A stretch of 64,000 bases of DNA from Ignavibacteria bacterium (GTDB lineage: Bacteria; Bacteroidota; Ignavibacteria; Kapaibacteriales; Kapaibacteriaceae). The stretch covers positions 6,424 to 70,423 of the forward strand of contig JABMNI010000021.1 in assembly GCA_013204605.1 (NCBI GenBank), in the 5' to 3' direction. The position numbers and the translations under genes were made by a program. The notes under the pieces were generated by a model. The model did no database searches. It was not told where the DNA came from and was given only the letters and a program-made list of their open reading frames with translations. Below are positions 1-10,070 of the stretch, one piece after another; position 1 is the first letter of the stretch; every line of letters begins with the position of its first letter.

Positions 1-178
1 ACTTAGCGATGTAGTTACCACCCTGATGGAAATACACGTCGAAATTATCCGATTGAATGTACTTCCACTCGAACTTTTGGTACTGGACTTTGTTTTTTCC
101 AAATGGTAATTGACCATTAAACTGCGCCGACGCAATCGAGGCGCAAAAAATTAACAAGACATAAAGTATGATCCGCAA
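1..178 (-). CDS. 5' part of a secreted peptidase-MA-like/PD40/BamA-TamA-type protein (runs off window start)
   Basis: Manual translation from TTG at 178: MRIILYVLLIFCASIASAQFNGQLPFGKNKVQYQKFEWKYIQSDNFDVYF. Signal peptide plus the FGKNKVQY N-terminal motif of this FCB family. Not in the ORF track. Confidence 0.7.
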   Translation of the reverse strand, partial: MRIILYVLLIFCASIASAQFNGQLPFGKNKVQYQKFEWKYIQSDNFDVYFHQGGNYIAK

Positions 179-227
179 GCTTAGCTCCGATATTGCGATT
201 GTATCGACATTGAAGGGGGCTTTTAAG

Positions 228-1064
228 TTACGTTTCACTCTGTGGGTTGCCTTTTGTACGTCGCTTCGTAGTTGACACTTTTAATGCTTTTTCGGCGGCC
301 TGTTGTTCGGCTTCTTTTTTATTCTTACCAGTACCGACGCCCAAACTCTTATCGTCCACGAAGACTTCAACCGTAAATTGTTTTTCGTGATCGGGACCTT
401 CCTCATTAACCACGATGTATTTAGGTGATCCTAGCCCCCTACCTTGAACTTCTTCAAGCAGCAGGCTTTTGTAATTAGTGTCGTGGACTAAGCTCTCCTT
501 TACCATTATCGGGAGTAACTTTTCAACAATAAATCTTCGAACCTCATCAAATCCCCTATCCAAATACACTGCAGCTATTACCGCTTCCAGTGCATCGGCT
601 AACATTCCATCATTGCCTTTTTCTAAGCTCTGTTTTGCACTATAACTCAGAAACAAAACTTCTTCCAATTTGAGCGCTTTTGCACAAATGGCTAAGGAAT
701 TCTTGTTTACTATCCAAGATCTCATCTTGGTTAGCTCGCCCTCTAGTACATCACGGTTGTTGTAAAACAGATACTCGGCAGTAACCATACCAAGTATGGA
801 ATCACCCAAGAATTCTAATCGTTCGTTACTCCGGTTGTGTGGAGTGTTTGCAACTTGAAGGTACGACCTGTGGATAAGAGCCTGCTCATAGAGGCTGGTG
901 GTGTGGATTTCGACACCGAATCGTTCTTCCAATACGGCAATTTGTACCTGGTCCAAAATATCCATTGGTGGGAACAACTCTCTGAATACCGCATTACTAG
1001 CCGTTCCCTTACTTGAAGCAAAGCGGATAAGGTTGTCGTATAGACTCTTAACTACGTCTTTCAC
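228..1064 (-). CDS. rnc: Ribonuclease III
   Basis: NERLEFLGDS signature, C-terminal dsRBD (YKSLLLE...GPDHEKQF), follows fabF. Confidence 0.97.
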   Translation of the reverse strand: MKDVVKSLYDNLIRFASSKGTASNAVFRELFPPMDILDQVQIAVLEERFGVEIHTTSLYEQALIHRSYLQVANTPHNRSNERLEFLGDSILGMVTAEYLFYNNRDVLEGELTKMRSWIVNKNSLAICAKALKLEEVLFLSYSAKQSLEKGNDGMLADALEAVIAAVYLDRGFDEVRRFIVEKLLPIMVKESLVHDTNYKSLLLEEVQGRGLGSPKYIVVNEEGPDHEKQFTVEVFVDDKSLGVGTGKNKKEAEQQAAEKALKVSTTKRRTKGNPQSET

Positions 1065-1094
1065 GAACTTTTCACTAAAGTTTTGCCAAACGCA

Positions 1095-2357
1095 TCAATC
1101 CGCAATAAACTTTGCGAAGCACAGTGTTGCATTGTGACCACCAAACCCAAACGTATTACTTAGCGCCGCACGAATCTCCGTAGGGACAGCTTTGTTCGGT
1201 GCGTAATTCAACGTACAATCCGGATCGACTTCGAACTGGTTAATAGTTGGTGGTGCCATTTGATTATAAATGGCAAGAGTTGTGGCAATTGCCTCAACTG
1301 CGCCAGCAGCCCCCAGTAAGTGACCCGTCATTGACTTCGTTGAGCTAACCACAATGTCGTTTGCCCGATCGCCAAAAACAGTTCTTATAGCAGCACTTTC
1401 TGATCGGTCATTAAATGAAGTTGAGGTTCCGTGTGCATTTATATAGCCAATATCGTCTGTGGTAAGGCCCGCATCCTCAATCGCCAATTTCATAGAACGA
1501 ACTGCACCTTCTCCACCAGGGGCAGGCTGAGTAATATGAAACGCATCATCTGTCAACCCAATTCCAACCACTTCCGCGTATATTCTTGCACCTCGATTTT
1601 GCGCATGCTCAAAGGTTTCCAATACTAAGATTCCCCCGCCTTCACCCATTACAAATCCGTCTCGACCCAAATCAAAAGGTCTGCTAGCCGTTGATGGATC
1701 ATCATTCCGCGTAGAGAGTGCTTTCATTGCATTGAAGCCTCCAATGCCCATTGGGCACACAACGGCCTCTGAGCCCCCTGCAAGCATCACATCGGCCATA
1801 CCACGTTGCATTAGCATAAATGCATCAGCAATCGAATGTGAACTCGTTGCGCAGGCCGATACTGTTCCGTAATTAGGGCCTTTTAGTCCATAACGAATAG
1901 CTATATGGCCAGCCGCTATGTCTGATATCAGCATAGGAACGAAAAACGGGCTGATCCGGTCAGGTTTTCCACCACGCTCAAACAAATTCGTTTGTTGGTT
2001 ATGATAGGTCCACATGCCGCCAATACCCGAACCAAATACAACGCCGGCTCGTTCTCTGTTACTTGCCTCGAAATCTATACCAGAATCCTCAACTGCCATT
2101 ACGGCTGCCGACATTGCGAACTGTGTAAAAAGATCCATTCTTTGAACCTCTTTACGAGTAATGTGCACTAATGGATCGTATTCTTTGACTTCGCAAGCGA
2201 ATCGCGTATCAAATTCCGATGCATCAAATCTAGTTATGTCAGCCGCTCCGCTCTTGCACGCCATCATACCATTCCAAAAATCGGTAACGGAATTACCAAT
2301 TGGTGTTATAGCGCCTAAGCCAGTGATGACGATGCGAGGAATTTCATTCCGAGGCAT
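1095..2357 (-). CDS. fabF: 3-oxoacyl-ACP synthase II
   Basis: SACATS catalytic Cys, NAHGTST, GHLLGAAG, NTFGFGGHN. Confidence 0.97.
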   Translation of the reverse strand: MPRNEIPRIVITGLGAITPIGNSVTDFWNGMMACKSGAADITRFDASEFDTRFACEVKEYDPLVHITRKEVQRMDLFTQFAMSAAVMAVEDSGIDFEASNRERAGVVFGSGIGGMWTYHNQQTNLFERGGKPDRISPFFVPMLISDIAAGHIAIRYGLKGPNYGTVSACATSSHSIADAFMLMQRGMADVMLAGGSEAVVCPMGIGGFNAMKALSTRNDDPSTASRPFDLGRDGFVMGEGGGILVLETFEHAQNRGARIYAEVVGIGLTDDAFHITQPAPGGEGAVRSMKLAIEDAGLTTDDIGYINAHGTSTSFNDRSESAAIRTVFGDRANDIVVSSTKSMTGHLLGAAGAVEAIATTLAIYNQMAPPTINQFEVDPDCTLNYAPNKAVPTEIRAALSNTFGFGGHNATLCFAKFIAD

Positions 2358-2384
2358 AAAGACCTATGTTATTGATTAGCTTGC

Positions 2385-2621
2385 TTAGGCAGCGTTTGAT
2401 TCGAGGTAAGTAATTGCGTCTCCAACGGTTTGGATTTTTTCCGCGTCAGCGTCATCAATTGTGGTGTTGAACTCGCGTTCGAATTCCATAATCAACTCAA
2501 CGGTATCCAACGAATCCGCACCGAGGTCATTCATGAATGAAGCCTCAACCGAAACTTTAGATTCTTCGACGCCCAATTTGTCAACAATAATCTTGGTCAC
2601 TCTCTCTGCGACTGATGACAT
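2385..2621 (-). CDS. acpP: Acyl carrier protein
   Basis: [14 protein letters not shown] motif. Confidence 0.98.
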   Translation of the reverse strand: MSSVAERVTKIIVDKLGVEESKVSVEASFMNDLGADSLDTVELIMEFEREFNTTIDDADAEKIQTVGDAITYLESNAA

Positions 2622-2669
2622 ACAAATTCCTTAGTGAATGATAATAGTGATTCTTGATTCGACTTTTAC

Positions 2670-3431
2670 TTACATAGCCAGCCCACCGTCTACATTTAAC
2701 ACCTGACCTGTTATGTACGAAGCATCTTCGGATAACAGAAACGAGACCACGGTGGCAATCTCGTTTGGTGTTGCTGCTCGTTTCAATGGAATACCTCCAA
2801 AAAACGAAGCTTTCTGCTCTTCAGTCAATTTGTGCGTCATATCTGTTTCCACAAAGCCCGGAGCAACGCAATTTACTAAAACGTTTCGACTAGCTAGTTC
2901 TTTAGCCAAAGACTTTGTCAGACCTATTATCCCAGCTTTTGCTGAGCTATAGTTTACCTGACCGGCATTCCCACTAAGGCCCACTATACTCCCAATATTG
3001 ACTATTCGTCCTTGTCTAGCCGACATCATAGGCCGACACACAGCTTTACACATGTGGAAAACGCCAGTAAGGTTAGTGTTGATTACTGAATTCCAGTCAT
3101 CGGCCGACATTCGCATTATTAACCCGTCCTTGGTCATTCCTGCATTGTTAACCAATCCATCAATTTTACCCGACGATTCAAGTACGGCCTTAACAAGAGA
3201 CTGTACATCAGATTCATTTCCAATGTCGGTCTTGTGGAACACCACAGTTTCACCTAGCAAGGCCAGTTCATTTGTAATTGCATCTGCTTTTTCACTCTGA
3301 GAATTGTAAGTAGCATATACAATGGCTCCCTTTGAACACAACTCTCGTACAACAGCTTCACCAATTCCCCGACTTCCGCCGGTAACAAGAAAAACCTTAC
3401 CATCAAATTTTTTACTCATTTCAGCACTCAA
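2670..3431 (-). CDS. fabG: 3-oxoacyl-ACP reductase
   Basis: TGGSRGIG, NNAG, YSSAK, fab operon context; start may be ATG at 3419. Confidence 0.96.
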   Translation of the reverse strand: MSAEMSKKFDGKVFLVTGGSRGIGEAVVRELCSKGAIVYATYNSQSEKADAITNELALLGETVVFHKTDIGNESDVQSLVKAVLESSGKIDGLVNNAGMTKDGLIMRMSADDWNSVINTNLTGVFHMCKAVCRPMMSARQGRIVNIGSIVGLSGNAGQVNYSSAKAGIIGLTKSLAKELASRNVLVNCVAPGFVETDMTHKLTEEQKASFFGGIPLKRAATPNEIATVVSFLLSEDASYITGQVLNVDGGLAM

Positions 3432-4363
3432 GAGTTTTGTGATTTGAGAAATTCTACAACACTTCCGGCCGTATCGAGTCCGGAAATTTCCGCACCCTCT
3501 ACTGTTCTTTTCACTAATCCTTGCAAAACTTTTCCCGGACCAATCTCGATAAAGTTTGTAAAGCCAGCATCCTTCATATTTAACAACGTTTTTGTAAACT
3601 GCACCGGCTTGGTCAATTGCTCCCCAACTGCATGTTTCAAGTCACCGGCTAGGCGAATTGGTAAGCCCGTTACATTAACAAATACATCAACAGATGAGTT
3701 TTGAAATTGCGTATTTGAAATTGCATCCAAAAGTTGCTGCTTTGCGCTTTCCATCAGGTCGGAATGAAACGCTCCGCTAACCTGAAGTTCTTTCACAATC
3801 TTTGCGCCGCGCTCCTTGAATATAGGTAAGCATTGGCGCACATAATCTGCCGAACCTGAAATCACAACTTGGCCGTGAGAATTAAAATTCGCAGCGCGTA
3901 AAACGTTTCCGTCAACTCCATGAAGTTCATCACAAAGGGCTGTTACGGTTTCGTCATCTAGGCCCACAATGGCGGCCATAGTACCAGGTATTTCATTGCC
4001 TGCATCGAACATCAAATTTGCGCGCAACTGTACCAAGGTCAGAGCATCATCAAATTGCAAGGCGCCACTAGCATACAACGCCGAATACTCGCCAAGCGAG
4101 TGACCAGCAACACCTGTACATGTGCGATAAGCATTTGTAAGTTCCAACAATGCAGCTTCATGAACAAGTAGCGCAGGCTGAGTGTACCTAGTTTCTTTTA
4201 ACTGGGTATCAGGACCATCGAACATTAAATCTGTTAATGAATAGCCTACAACTTCGTTGGCTCTGTCCATGAGCTTCGCAGCGGCTGGAAACTGCTCGTA
4301 CAAATCTTTTGCCATGCCAACGCACTGCGAGCCTTGTCCGGAAAATAACAACGCAGTGCTCAT
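3428..4363 (-). CDS. fabD: Malonyl-CoA:ACP transacylase
   Basis: FSGQGSQ, GHSLGEY, VSGAFHS; ATG at 4363 overlaps the fabH stop (ATGA). Confidence 0.96.
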   Translation of the reverse strand: MSTALLFSGQGSQCVGMAKDLYEQFPAAAKLMDRANEVVGYSLTDLMFDGPDTQLKETRYTQPALLVHEAALLELTNAYRTCTGVAGHSLGEYSALYASGALQFDDALTLVQLRANLMFDAGNEIPGTMAAIVGLDDETVTALCDELHGVDGNVLRAANFNSHGQVVISGSADYVRQCLPIFKERGAKIVKELQVSGAFHSDLMESAKQQLLDAISNTQFQNSSVDVFVNVTGLPIRLAGDLKHAVGEQLTKPVQFTKTLLNMKDAGFTNFIEIGPGKVLQGLVKRTVEGAEISGLDTAGSVVEFLKSQNS

Positions 4364-5361
4364 GCAGTTGGCTCCAACCACCATTTATACAAGATCGCAC
4401 CCCAGGTGTAACCCGCGCCAAAACTGGCGATTACCACGTAGTCGCCTCTTTTCAGTTTTCCTTGTTCGTATAATTCCGACAAACAAATTGGGATGGTTCC
4501 GGCAGTGGTGTTGCCGAACTTTTGAATGTTAATCATCACCTTGTCTTTCGAAAGACCCATTCTGTTGGCTGTAGCATCAATAATTCTAAGGTTTGCTTGA
4601 TGCGGAACTAGCCACGCAATATCATCGGCAGTGAGATTGTTGCGCACCATAATTTCGTACGACACATCGGCCATTCCCTTAACCGCGGCCTTAAAAACCG
4701 GTTGACCCTCTTGGAACACATAGTGCTCTTTGTTTGTCACAGTTTCTAATGTTGGTGGGTGTAAACTTCCGCCAGCTTTTTGGTACAAATTTGGCTCGCC
4801 ATTTCCGTCCATTTTTAGAATGAAATCCATCACTCCGTGATCATCATCGGTTCCGGGTTCAAGTAGCACACAGCCCCCTCCATCGCCAAAAAGGACGCAG
4901 GTAGCTCTATCTTCGAAATTTAAAATCGAGCTCATTTTGTCGGCTCCAACTAGCAACACATTTCGAACCGCGCCCGACTCGACCAATTTCGAAGCCGTGA
5001 CCAATGCAAAAACAAAACCAGAGCATGCCGCTGAAAGGTCAAAACCCCACGCGTTTTTTGCACCTAGTTTACGTTGCAATATTGCCGACGAAGAAGGGAA
5101 AACTCTGTCGGGAGTGACCGTTGCAATTATTATGCAATCGATATCTTCGGCGGTAATTCCCCTTTGAGCTAAAACCTTTTGCGCCGCAGGTAATGCGATA
5201 TCCGTCATGGCACCTTCGAACGCAAAATGCCGTTCGGTAATACCGGTACGAGTTTTAATCCATTCATCTGTGGTCTCGATACGCTGTTCGAACCAATGGT
5301 TGTCATACACATCCGGTGGTACATTAAACGCTAGCGCCGAAATAACTGCTTTCATTTTCAT
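4360..5361 (-). CDS. fabH: 3-oxoacyl-ACP synthase III
   Basis: AACSGF, PHQANLRII, GNTTAG. Confidence 0.97.
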   Translation of the reverse strand: MKMKAVISALAFNVPPDVYDNHWFEQRIETTDEWIKTRTGITERHFAFEGAMTDIALPAAQKVLAQRGITAEDIDCIIIATVTPDRVFPSSSAILQRKLGAKNAWGFDLSAACSGFVFALVTASKLVESGAVRNVLLVGADKMSSILNFEDRATCVLFGDGGGCVLLEPGTDDDHGVMDFILKMDGNGEPNLYQKAGGSLHPPTLETVTNKEHYVFQEGQPVFKAAVKGMADVSYEIMVRNNLTADDIAWLVPHQANLRIIDATANRMGLSKDKVMINIQKFGNTTAGTIPICLSELYEQGKLKRGDYVVIASFGAGYTWGAILYKWWLEPTA

Positions 5362-6401
5362 TCTATCGTATTTGCGGCCGGTTTACCCAGCGCTTGTTGA
5401 ATATTTCCATTTACATCTGCTCTCACTACTTCCACTGCTCTAACAATCATGTTAGAAATGGCTAAGGGGCTAGATGATCCGTGTCCGATTATTATTACTC
5501 CATTAACACCTAAAAGTGGAACCCCGCCATACTCTTGATAGTCCATGTCTTTCAACACAGTTTTCAGTACGGGCTTAAAAGCACCAACGATTAACTTATT
5601 TAACAAGCTGCGGTTAGCAAAAGTGGTGAACCTAGACTTTAAGAATCCCAATACACTTTCGGCAAACTTCAACACAATGTTTCCTTCAAACCCATCACAA
5701 ACAACCACGTCAACACCTCCAGAAAGTATGTCGCGTCCCTCAACATTCCCTACAAAATTCAACGGAGCATGCGTTAACAACTGAAATGCTTCTCGCGCTA
5801 CTTCAGTGCCCTTGCTTGATTCTTCTCCAACGTTTAATAGTCCAACCGAGGGTTCAGGAATTCCTAGTATAAGACGGGAGTAAATTTCTCCCATTACAGC
5901 GTAGTCGTACAAGAACTTTGGTTTGCTGTCAACATTAGCGCCAACGTCAACCACTAACGTCTGCCTACCAGTTTGCGTTGGAAAGAATGAGCCAATTGTC
6001 GGACGTCCCACGCCCGGGATTCTACCCAGCATTAATGTAGCAGTTGCCATAACAGCACCGGTATTTCCTGCTGAAACAAAGGCATCAGCCTTTCCATCTC
6101 GTAATAGGGCTAGCCCCTTATACAATGAGGATTCAGTTCGCGTTTTAACAATAGATGCTGGTTCATCGCCCATGGCTATTACATCTGGCGCGTGCAACAG
6201 CTCAACCTTATCTGCAATATTTTCTTGTCGCAAGATCGGCAACAACAAATTCTCCTGTCCAACAACAATTAGTTGCACAGAGGATCCTAATAAACCCATG
6301 GCGAGAATTGCCCCTGCCACTTCGTTTGTGGGAGCGATATCGCCCCCCATAGCATCGAGAACCACCCTTACAGGGTTTCCCGCGCTGTTACCCTTGTTCA
6401 C
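5358..6401 (-). CDS. plsX: Phosphate acyltransferase PlsX
   Basis: DAMGGD, SAGNTGA, LLNVGEE, VCDGFEGN. Confidence 0.97.
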   Translation of the reverse strand: MNKGNSAGNPVRVVLDAMGGDIAPTNEVAGAILAMGLLGSSVQLIVVGQENLLLPILRQENIADKVELLHAPDVIAMGDEPASIVKTRTESSLYKGLALLRDGKADAFVSAGNTGAVMATATLMLGRIPGVGRPTIGSFFPTQTGRQTLVVDVGANVDSKPKFLYDYAVMGEIYSRLILGIPEPSVGLLNVGEESSKGTEVAREAFQLLTHAPLNFVGNVEGRDILSGGVDVVVCDGFEGNIVLKFAESVLGFLKSRFTTFANRSLLNKLIVGAFKPVLKTVLKDMDYQEYGGVPLLGVNGVIIIGHGSSSPLAISNMIVRAVEVVRADVNGNIQQALGKPAANTIE

Positions 6402-6405
6402 GGAT

Positions 6406-6582
6406 TTAGTCTACGTTTAGAATCTTACGACCGTTATAGTAACCGCATGAATGGCATACAATGTGAGGTTGTTTGGCTGATCCACAATTTGGACAGCTCA
6501 TAATTGAAGGCACCGAGGCTTTGTAGTGAGTACGTCTTTTAGCACCACGTTGCTTGGAATGTCTACGTTTTGGGTTTGGCAC
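6406..6582 (-). CDS. rpmF: 50S ribosomal protein L32 (zinc-binding C+ form), 58 aa
   Basis: Manual translation from GTG at 6582: MPNPKRRHSKQRGAKRRTHYKASVPSIMSCPNCGSAKQPHIVCHSCGYYNGRKILNVD*. GGAG SD upstream; canonical position between yceD and plsX; too short for the ORF track. Confidence 0.97.
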   Translation of the reverse strand: MPNPKRRHSKQRGAKRRTHYKASVPSIMSCPNCGSAKQPHIVCHSCGYYNGRKILNVD

Positions 6583-6600
6583 GGCTTTACTCCGATTGTA

Positions 6601-7155
6601 TTATAAATTTCTTAATGCTTTCAACACTGCCCATTGATCTTGGGCAGTATCATCTATAGAATCATTCAGTGTTCGTCCTGAATAACTTGGATTGATTTCA
6701 CTTAGATCAACATCTCTGTATTTCGGCGAAACACGTCTCATAGGAATCAGCAATGCTAATTCCTGCCGAACATCATCAGTAATGTCAATAGTCGATTCGT
6801 CTTCGCGTATCCCACGTACTTCATCCGTATCGGGTGGGATTGACGCTTGCCTTTGCTCAGCGGCTAAATGATTATCAATCCGATACTCTAAATCGAGATG
6901 TGCAGTAAGGGGCTCTACGAACTCCTCCAACGATCTGTCGCAAATCAGCTCTGCCGAAGCTTCAACGGTCAGCCGAAGTCTGACATTGCTCCTGCTCGAA
7001 GTAGCCTTGCCGTACACACGAATATCACCAGAAATTTCAGGTGCTAAAAATGGTATTTGCTTAGCCTTAACTACAATATCAATCTTGATCTTGTCATCAG
7101 TTGACCTGCTGACAGGAATCAGAATTGATGTATCTCTCGAATTAGAAGTATCCAC
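6601..7155 (-). CDS. yceD: YceD/DUF177 family protein
   Basis: CDRSLEEF and IDITDDVRQELAL motifs, C-terminal WAVLKAL, upstream of rpmF. Confidence 0.88.
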   Translation of the reverse strand: MDTSNSRDTSILIPVSRSTDDKIKIDIVVKAKQIPFLAPEISGDIRVYGKATSSRSNVRLRLTVEASAELICDRSLEEFVEPLTAHLDLEYRIDNHLAAEQRQASIPPDTDEVRGIREDESTIDITDDVRQELALLIPMRRVSPKYRDVDLSEINPSYSGRTLNDSIDDTAQDQWAVLKALRNL

Positions 7156-7162
7156 AAGAAAG

Positions 7163-7170
7163 CAAAATTA
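7163..7170 (-). promoter_or_regulatory. Bacteroidota-type -7 promoter element TAATTTTG for the yceD-rpmF-fab operon
   Basis: Matches TAnnTTTG, 7 nt upstream of the yceD GTG. Confidence 0.6.
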
Positions 7171-7207
7171 CGGCGTAAACTCTTTATTTCAAAGACAATT
7201 ACTTAAA

Positions 7208-8959
7208 TCAGCAATTAATTGCTTTGAGATTTTGTTTGGCTGGTTCGTTGGACGGATCGAGTTTTAGCACCTCTTTGTACCACCTGCACGCCGCTGGCGT
7301 GTCTTGTAAGCCCTGATATCCTATTCCCATGTATAACATAAGCCACTTGTTTGTGGGGTCGAATTCCAGTCCCATCTTAGACCGCTCTATAATTGACGAC
7401 CATGATTTCAGTCCAATATCGGCCGCGTTAAGCTTCATTATGGCAGAACTAGCCATGCGTTTGTCCTCATCTGACCCTTTTTTGCCGGCCAAAATAATTG
7501 TCTCATAAAGGGAGTTACTCTTTGCTTGGTCGCCCTTTACTAGGTACGTTTCAGCAAGTCTAGACTGGATGTAGGTATTGTTCGGCTCTAAACCATCTGC
7601 TATCATGTATTCTGTTAGTGCACTATCAACCAAACTATCGGCGTAGAAATTATTACCGATAAAGGCATGTAAACGGGCGGTCAACGAATCGTTGCAATGC
7701 GAAATGCGAGCCCGAAATATTTTTGTTGAAAACGAAGCTCTGTTAACGGATTGTAACAACAGACCGAATCGTAACATGAAAGTACATTGCGTAGGATCCT
7801 TGAATGATGCCATCCGCATTATCTCGATTGCCTGTGTTGTGTCACCAGCCAACAGCGTTGCCGCTCCAAAATACCACTCGTCGTACCCCTCCCAATCCTT
7901 CTTAGAATTTTCAGCAACTTTATAAAGAGTTGCTGCCTTTTTCCAATCTTTTTGAAAGAATGAACAGCGCGCTAGCAGCACCGAAGCCGTGCCTTTTAAC
8001 GTGTCGATCTGACGTGCCGCATCATCTAAATGTTTGCGTGCTGAATCACATTGATTCATTTTGAAATACGAATTGCCTAGGTACCATGAGCTCATAGGAT
8101 TGCCTGTACCAATTGGACGCAATTCTCTATACCGTGTCAGATTCTGGATAGCATCGGGATATTTTTTGGAAAGAAAAAATATCTTACCCTGTTCAAACCA
8201 GGCTCGTGCATTCTTAGGATCAAGTTTTGTAACAGCGTTCCACTCCAGTAAACACCGCTTAAACAATTCGTTTCCAAGCTCGATGTCAGATTCTGCGTTA
8301 GCTTGTTTCCAATAACATTGCGCCAGTGCCGCATGTGAATTAATATCGTCTGGTTGCAGCTTCACCGCCTCCTCGTAATTCATTATAGCTAAATCATACA
8401 CGGGTTGGGGCTTGTAGTTGAAATAAATATCGCCGAGTGCAGCGTATGTTTCGGTACTCTTCGGATTCTTGGCTTTCGCCGTGTTCGCAACTAACGAAGC
8501 TTCTTGAATTGAATCAGCAGCAATCAGAGATTTCACAAGGTATAAGGAGGACTGCACATCCGAATTCTTCTTACTATACTTTCTCATAATTGCAACAGCT
8601 GCCACAGCTGCATTACCGCGTATCAGTGCCTCTGTGCATAGAAAAACATTCGCTTGGTCGTTGTCATCGTCGGCATAGATTCGTTTGCCATACAACACCG
8701 CAGTATCAACTAACTCCATATCCAGATATATCCTAGTTGCTAGTCGCAAATATTCCATATCGTTAGGCTTTTCCAATATGGCTGCGCGAATAAACGGAAG
8801 TGCTGCATTATAATCCAGTTCAGCAACTGCAGTTTTTGCAAGCCCAAAGTTGTCATTCGCAACCAGATTGCCCCCTATCAACAAGAGAGAAACTGTGGTA
8901 ATTACAAGACAAAACTTTTTCAGGGTCGCGCTATAGTTGTATGTATATTTCATTTTCAT
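7208..8959 (-). CDS. Secreted tetratricopeptide repeat protein
   Basis: N-terminal signal and many TPR-like repeats (e.g. DPKNARAWFEQGKIFF, LDPSNEPAKQNL). Confidence 0.85.
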   Translation of the reverse strand: MKMKYTYNYSATLKKFCLVITTVSLLLIGGNLVANDNFGLAKTAVAELDYNAALPFIRAAILEKPNDMEYLRLATRIYLDMELVDTAVLYGKRIYADDDNDQANVFLCTEALIRGNAAVAAVAIMRKYSKKNSDVQSSLYLVKSLIAADSIQEASLVANTAKAKNPKSTETYAALGDIYFNYKPQPVYDLAIMNYEEAVKLQPDDINSHAALAQCYWKQANAESDIELGNELFKRCLLEWNAVTKLDPKNARAWFEQGKIFFLSKKYPDAIQNLTRYRELRPIGTGNPMSSWYLGNSYFKMNQCDSARKHLDDAARQIDTLKGTASVLLARCSFFQKDWKKAATLYKVAENSKKDWEGYDEWYFGAATLLAGDTTQAIEIMRMASFKDPTQCTFMLRFGLLLQSVNRASFSTKIFRARISHCNDSLTARLHAFIGNNFYADSLVDSALTEYMIADGLEPNNTYIQSRLAETYLVKGDQAKSNSLYETIILAGKKGSDEDKRMASSAIMKLNAADIGLKSWSSIIERSKMGLEFDPTNKWLMLYMGIGYQGLQDTPAACRWYKEVLKLDPSNEPAKQNLKAINC

Positions 8960-9885
8960 TCTGGTAAGACCAATTCAATTTTTGCATATCCCGGTTCAAT
9001 TCCAGCATCCAAAAACGCCTTTTGAGCTTTTCCATCTCGAGCTAAATACTGCATGAAACCCGACGGTAACGAAAATGGCTGAGCTTTGTCACGAAGTATG
9101 AAGTAAATGTTTACGGGGAACGGATACTTTCCCATAATGAGGTACGATGCATGCACCGGCTTGGGGCTAACGTATTCGCCCAAACTATCGGCATAGCTCA
9201 GTCTTATCATCTTCACGGAAGTATCGTTGATATATTGCGACATGTACCCAAACCCAATCCGATTTGCCGAGTTTCTAATGAGCTTTACCAATGAGTCCTT
9301 ACTGCCGGCAGAGTACAGAGCGTTTTTTGCAGGAGTAATACCCTTGGTGACCACACTCACAACGTTGCCATATACCGACGACGAAGATCCCGGTACTAAA
9401 AACGTAATTCCCTTTGTCAGTTTTGTGTATCTATCCAACAGTTTTACGTCGCCGCGTAGTAAAGCGGCAACATCTGGTGCGTGCATAGTATCATACGGAA
9501 ATTTTTTCGACGCAATCAAAACCAGCGCATCTCGTGCCAGCAGCGTTTTTGGAAAACCATCTATTCCTTCTCGCGCCGTGATTGTGGTATCTTCTTCCAT
9601 CGTATAATCTCTCGCCACAACCGCTCCGCGAATATCGTGACGCACTAACAGGTTTACAATGCTCACTGCTGAAAGGGGCTCGATGGTTATGTGCGCGTTT
9701 GGATAGGCAAGGTCGTAGTGCTTTTTTGCTGCTTGAATAACAGACAGAATTTCCTCGTCCACCTGCACTATAACAGCACCGCTAATCGCAGTTTCGGCGT
9801 TTGCATCCATGTGCACTTCGTTCTTACCACATCCAAATGTTGCGGTAAGAAGTATTACTAATAGTGCAGCGGTGGTAGTTTTCAT
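8956..9885 (-). CDS. PstS-like (PBP superfamily) substrate-binding lipoprotein
   Basis: Lipobox-like TFGC, LARDALVLIA, GKYPF motif; conserved position between tonB and the TPR gene. Confidence 0.75.
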   Translation of the reverse strand: MKTTTAALLVILLTATFGCGKNEVHMDANAETAISGAVIVQVDEEILSVIQAAKKHYDLAYPNAHITIEPLSAVSIVNLLVRHDIRGAVVARDYTMEEDTTITAREGIDGFPKTLLARDALVLIASKKFPYDTMHAPDVAALLRGDVKLLDRYTKLTKGITFLVPGSSSSVYGNVVSVVTKGITPAKNALYSAGSKDSLVKLIRNSANRIGFGYMSQYINDTSVKMIRLSYADSLGEYVSPKPVHASYLIMGKYPFPVNIYFILRDKAQPFSLPSGFMQYLARDGKAQKAFLDAGIEPGYAKIELVLPE

Positions 9886-10064
9886 CCAGATTTCTTTCCA
9901 GCCACGATGAATGTGAAAATTCTGTACGTGCCGAACAGCATGACGACAATACCGAAGATCTCGTGGAGTGGCGAATCTAAACCAACAAATGGCTCAACCG
10001 AAAAGAGGACTAGAAATCCTACTAGGATAACCAGTCCTCTAAAAGCTACATTAAGCCAGAACAT
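9882..10064 (-). CDS. Small two-TM membrane protein
   Basis: 60 aa with two hydrophobic helices; ATGA overlap with the downstream gene. Confidence 0.65.
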   Translation of the reverse strand: MFWLNVAFRGLVILVGFLVLFSVEPFVGLDSPLHEIFGIVVMLFGTYRIFTFIVAGKKSG

Positions 10065-10070
10065 GAATAA

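Noticed and set aside
869..877. Perfect DnaA box TGTGGATAA
   Set aside because: Isolated and inside the rnc coding sequence; likely chance
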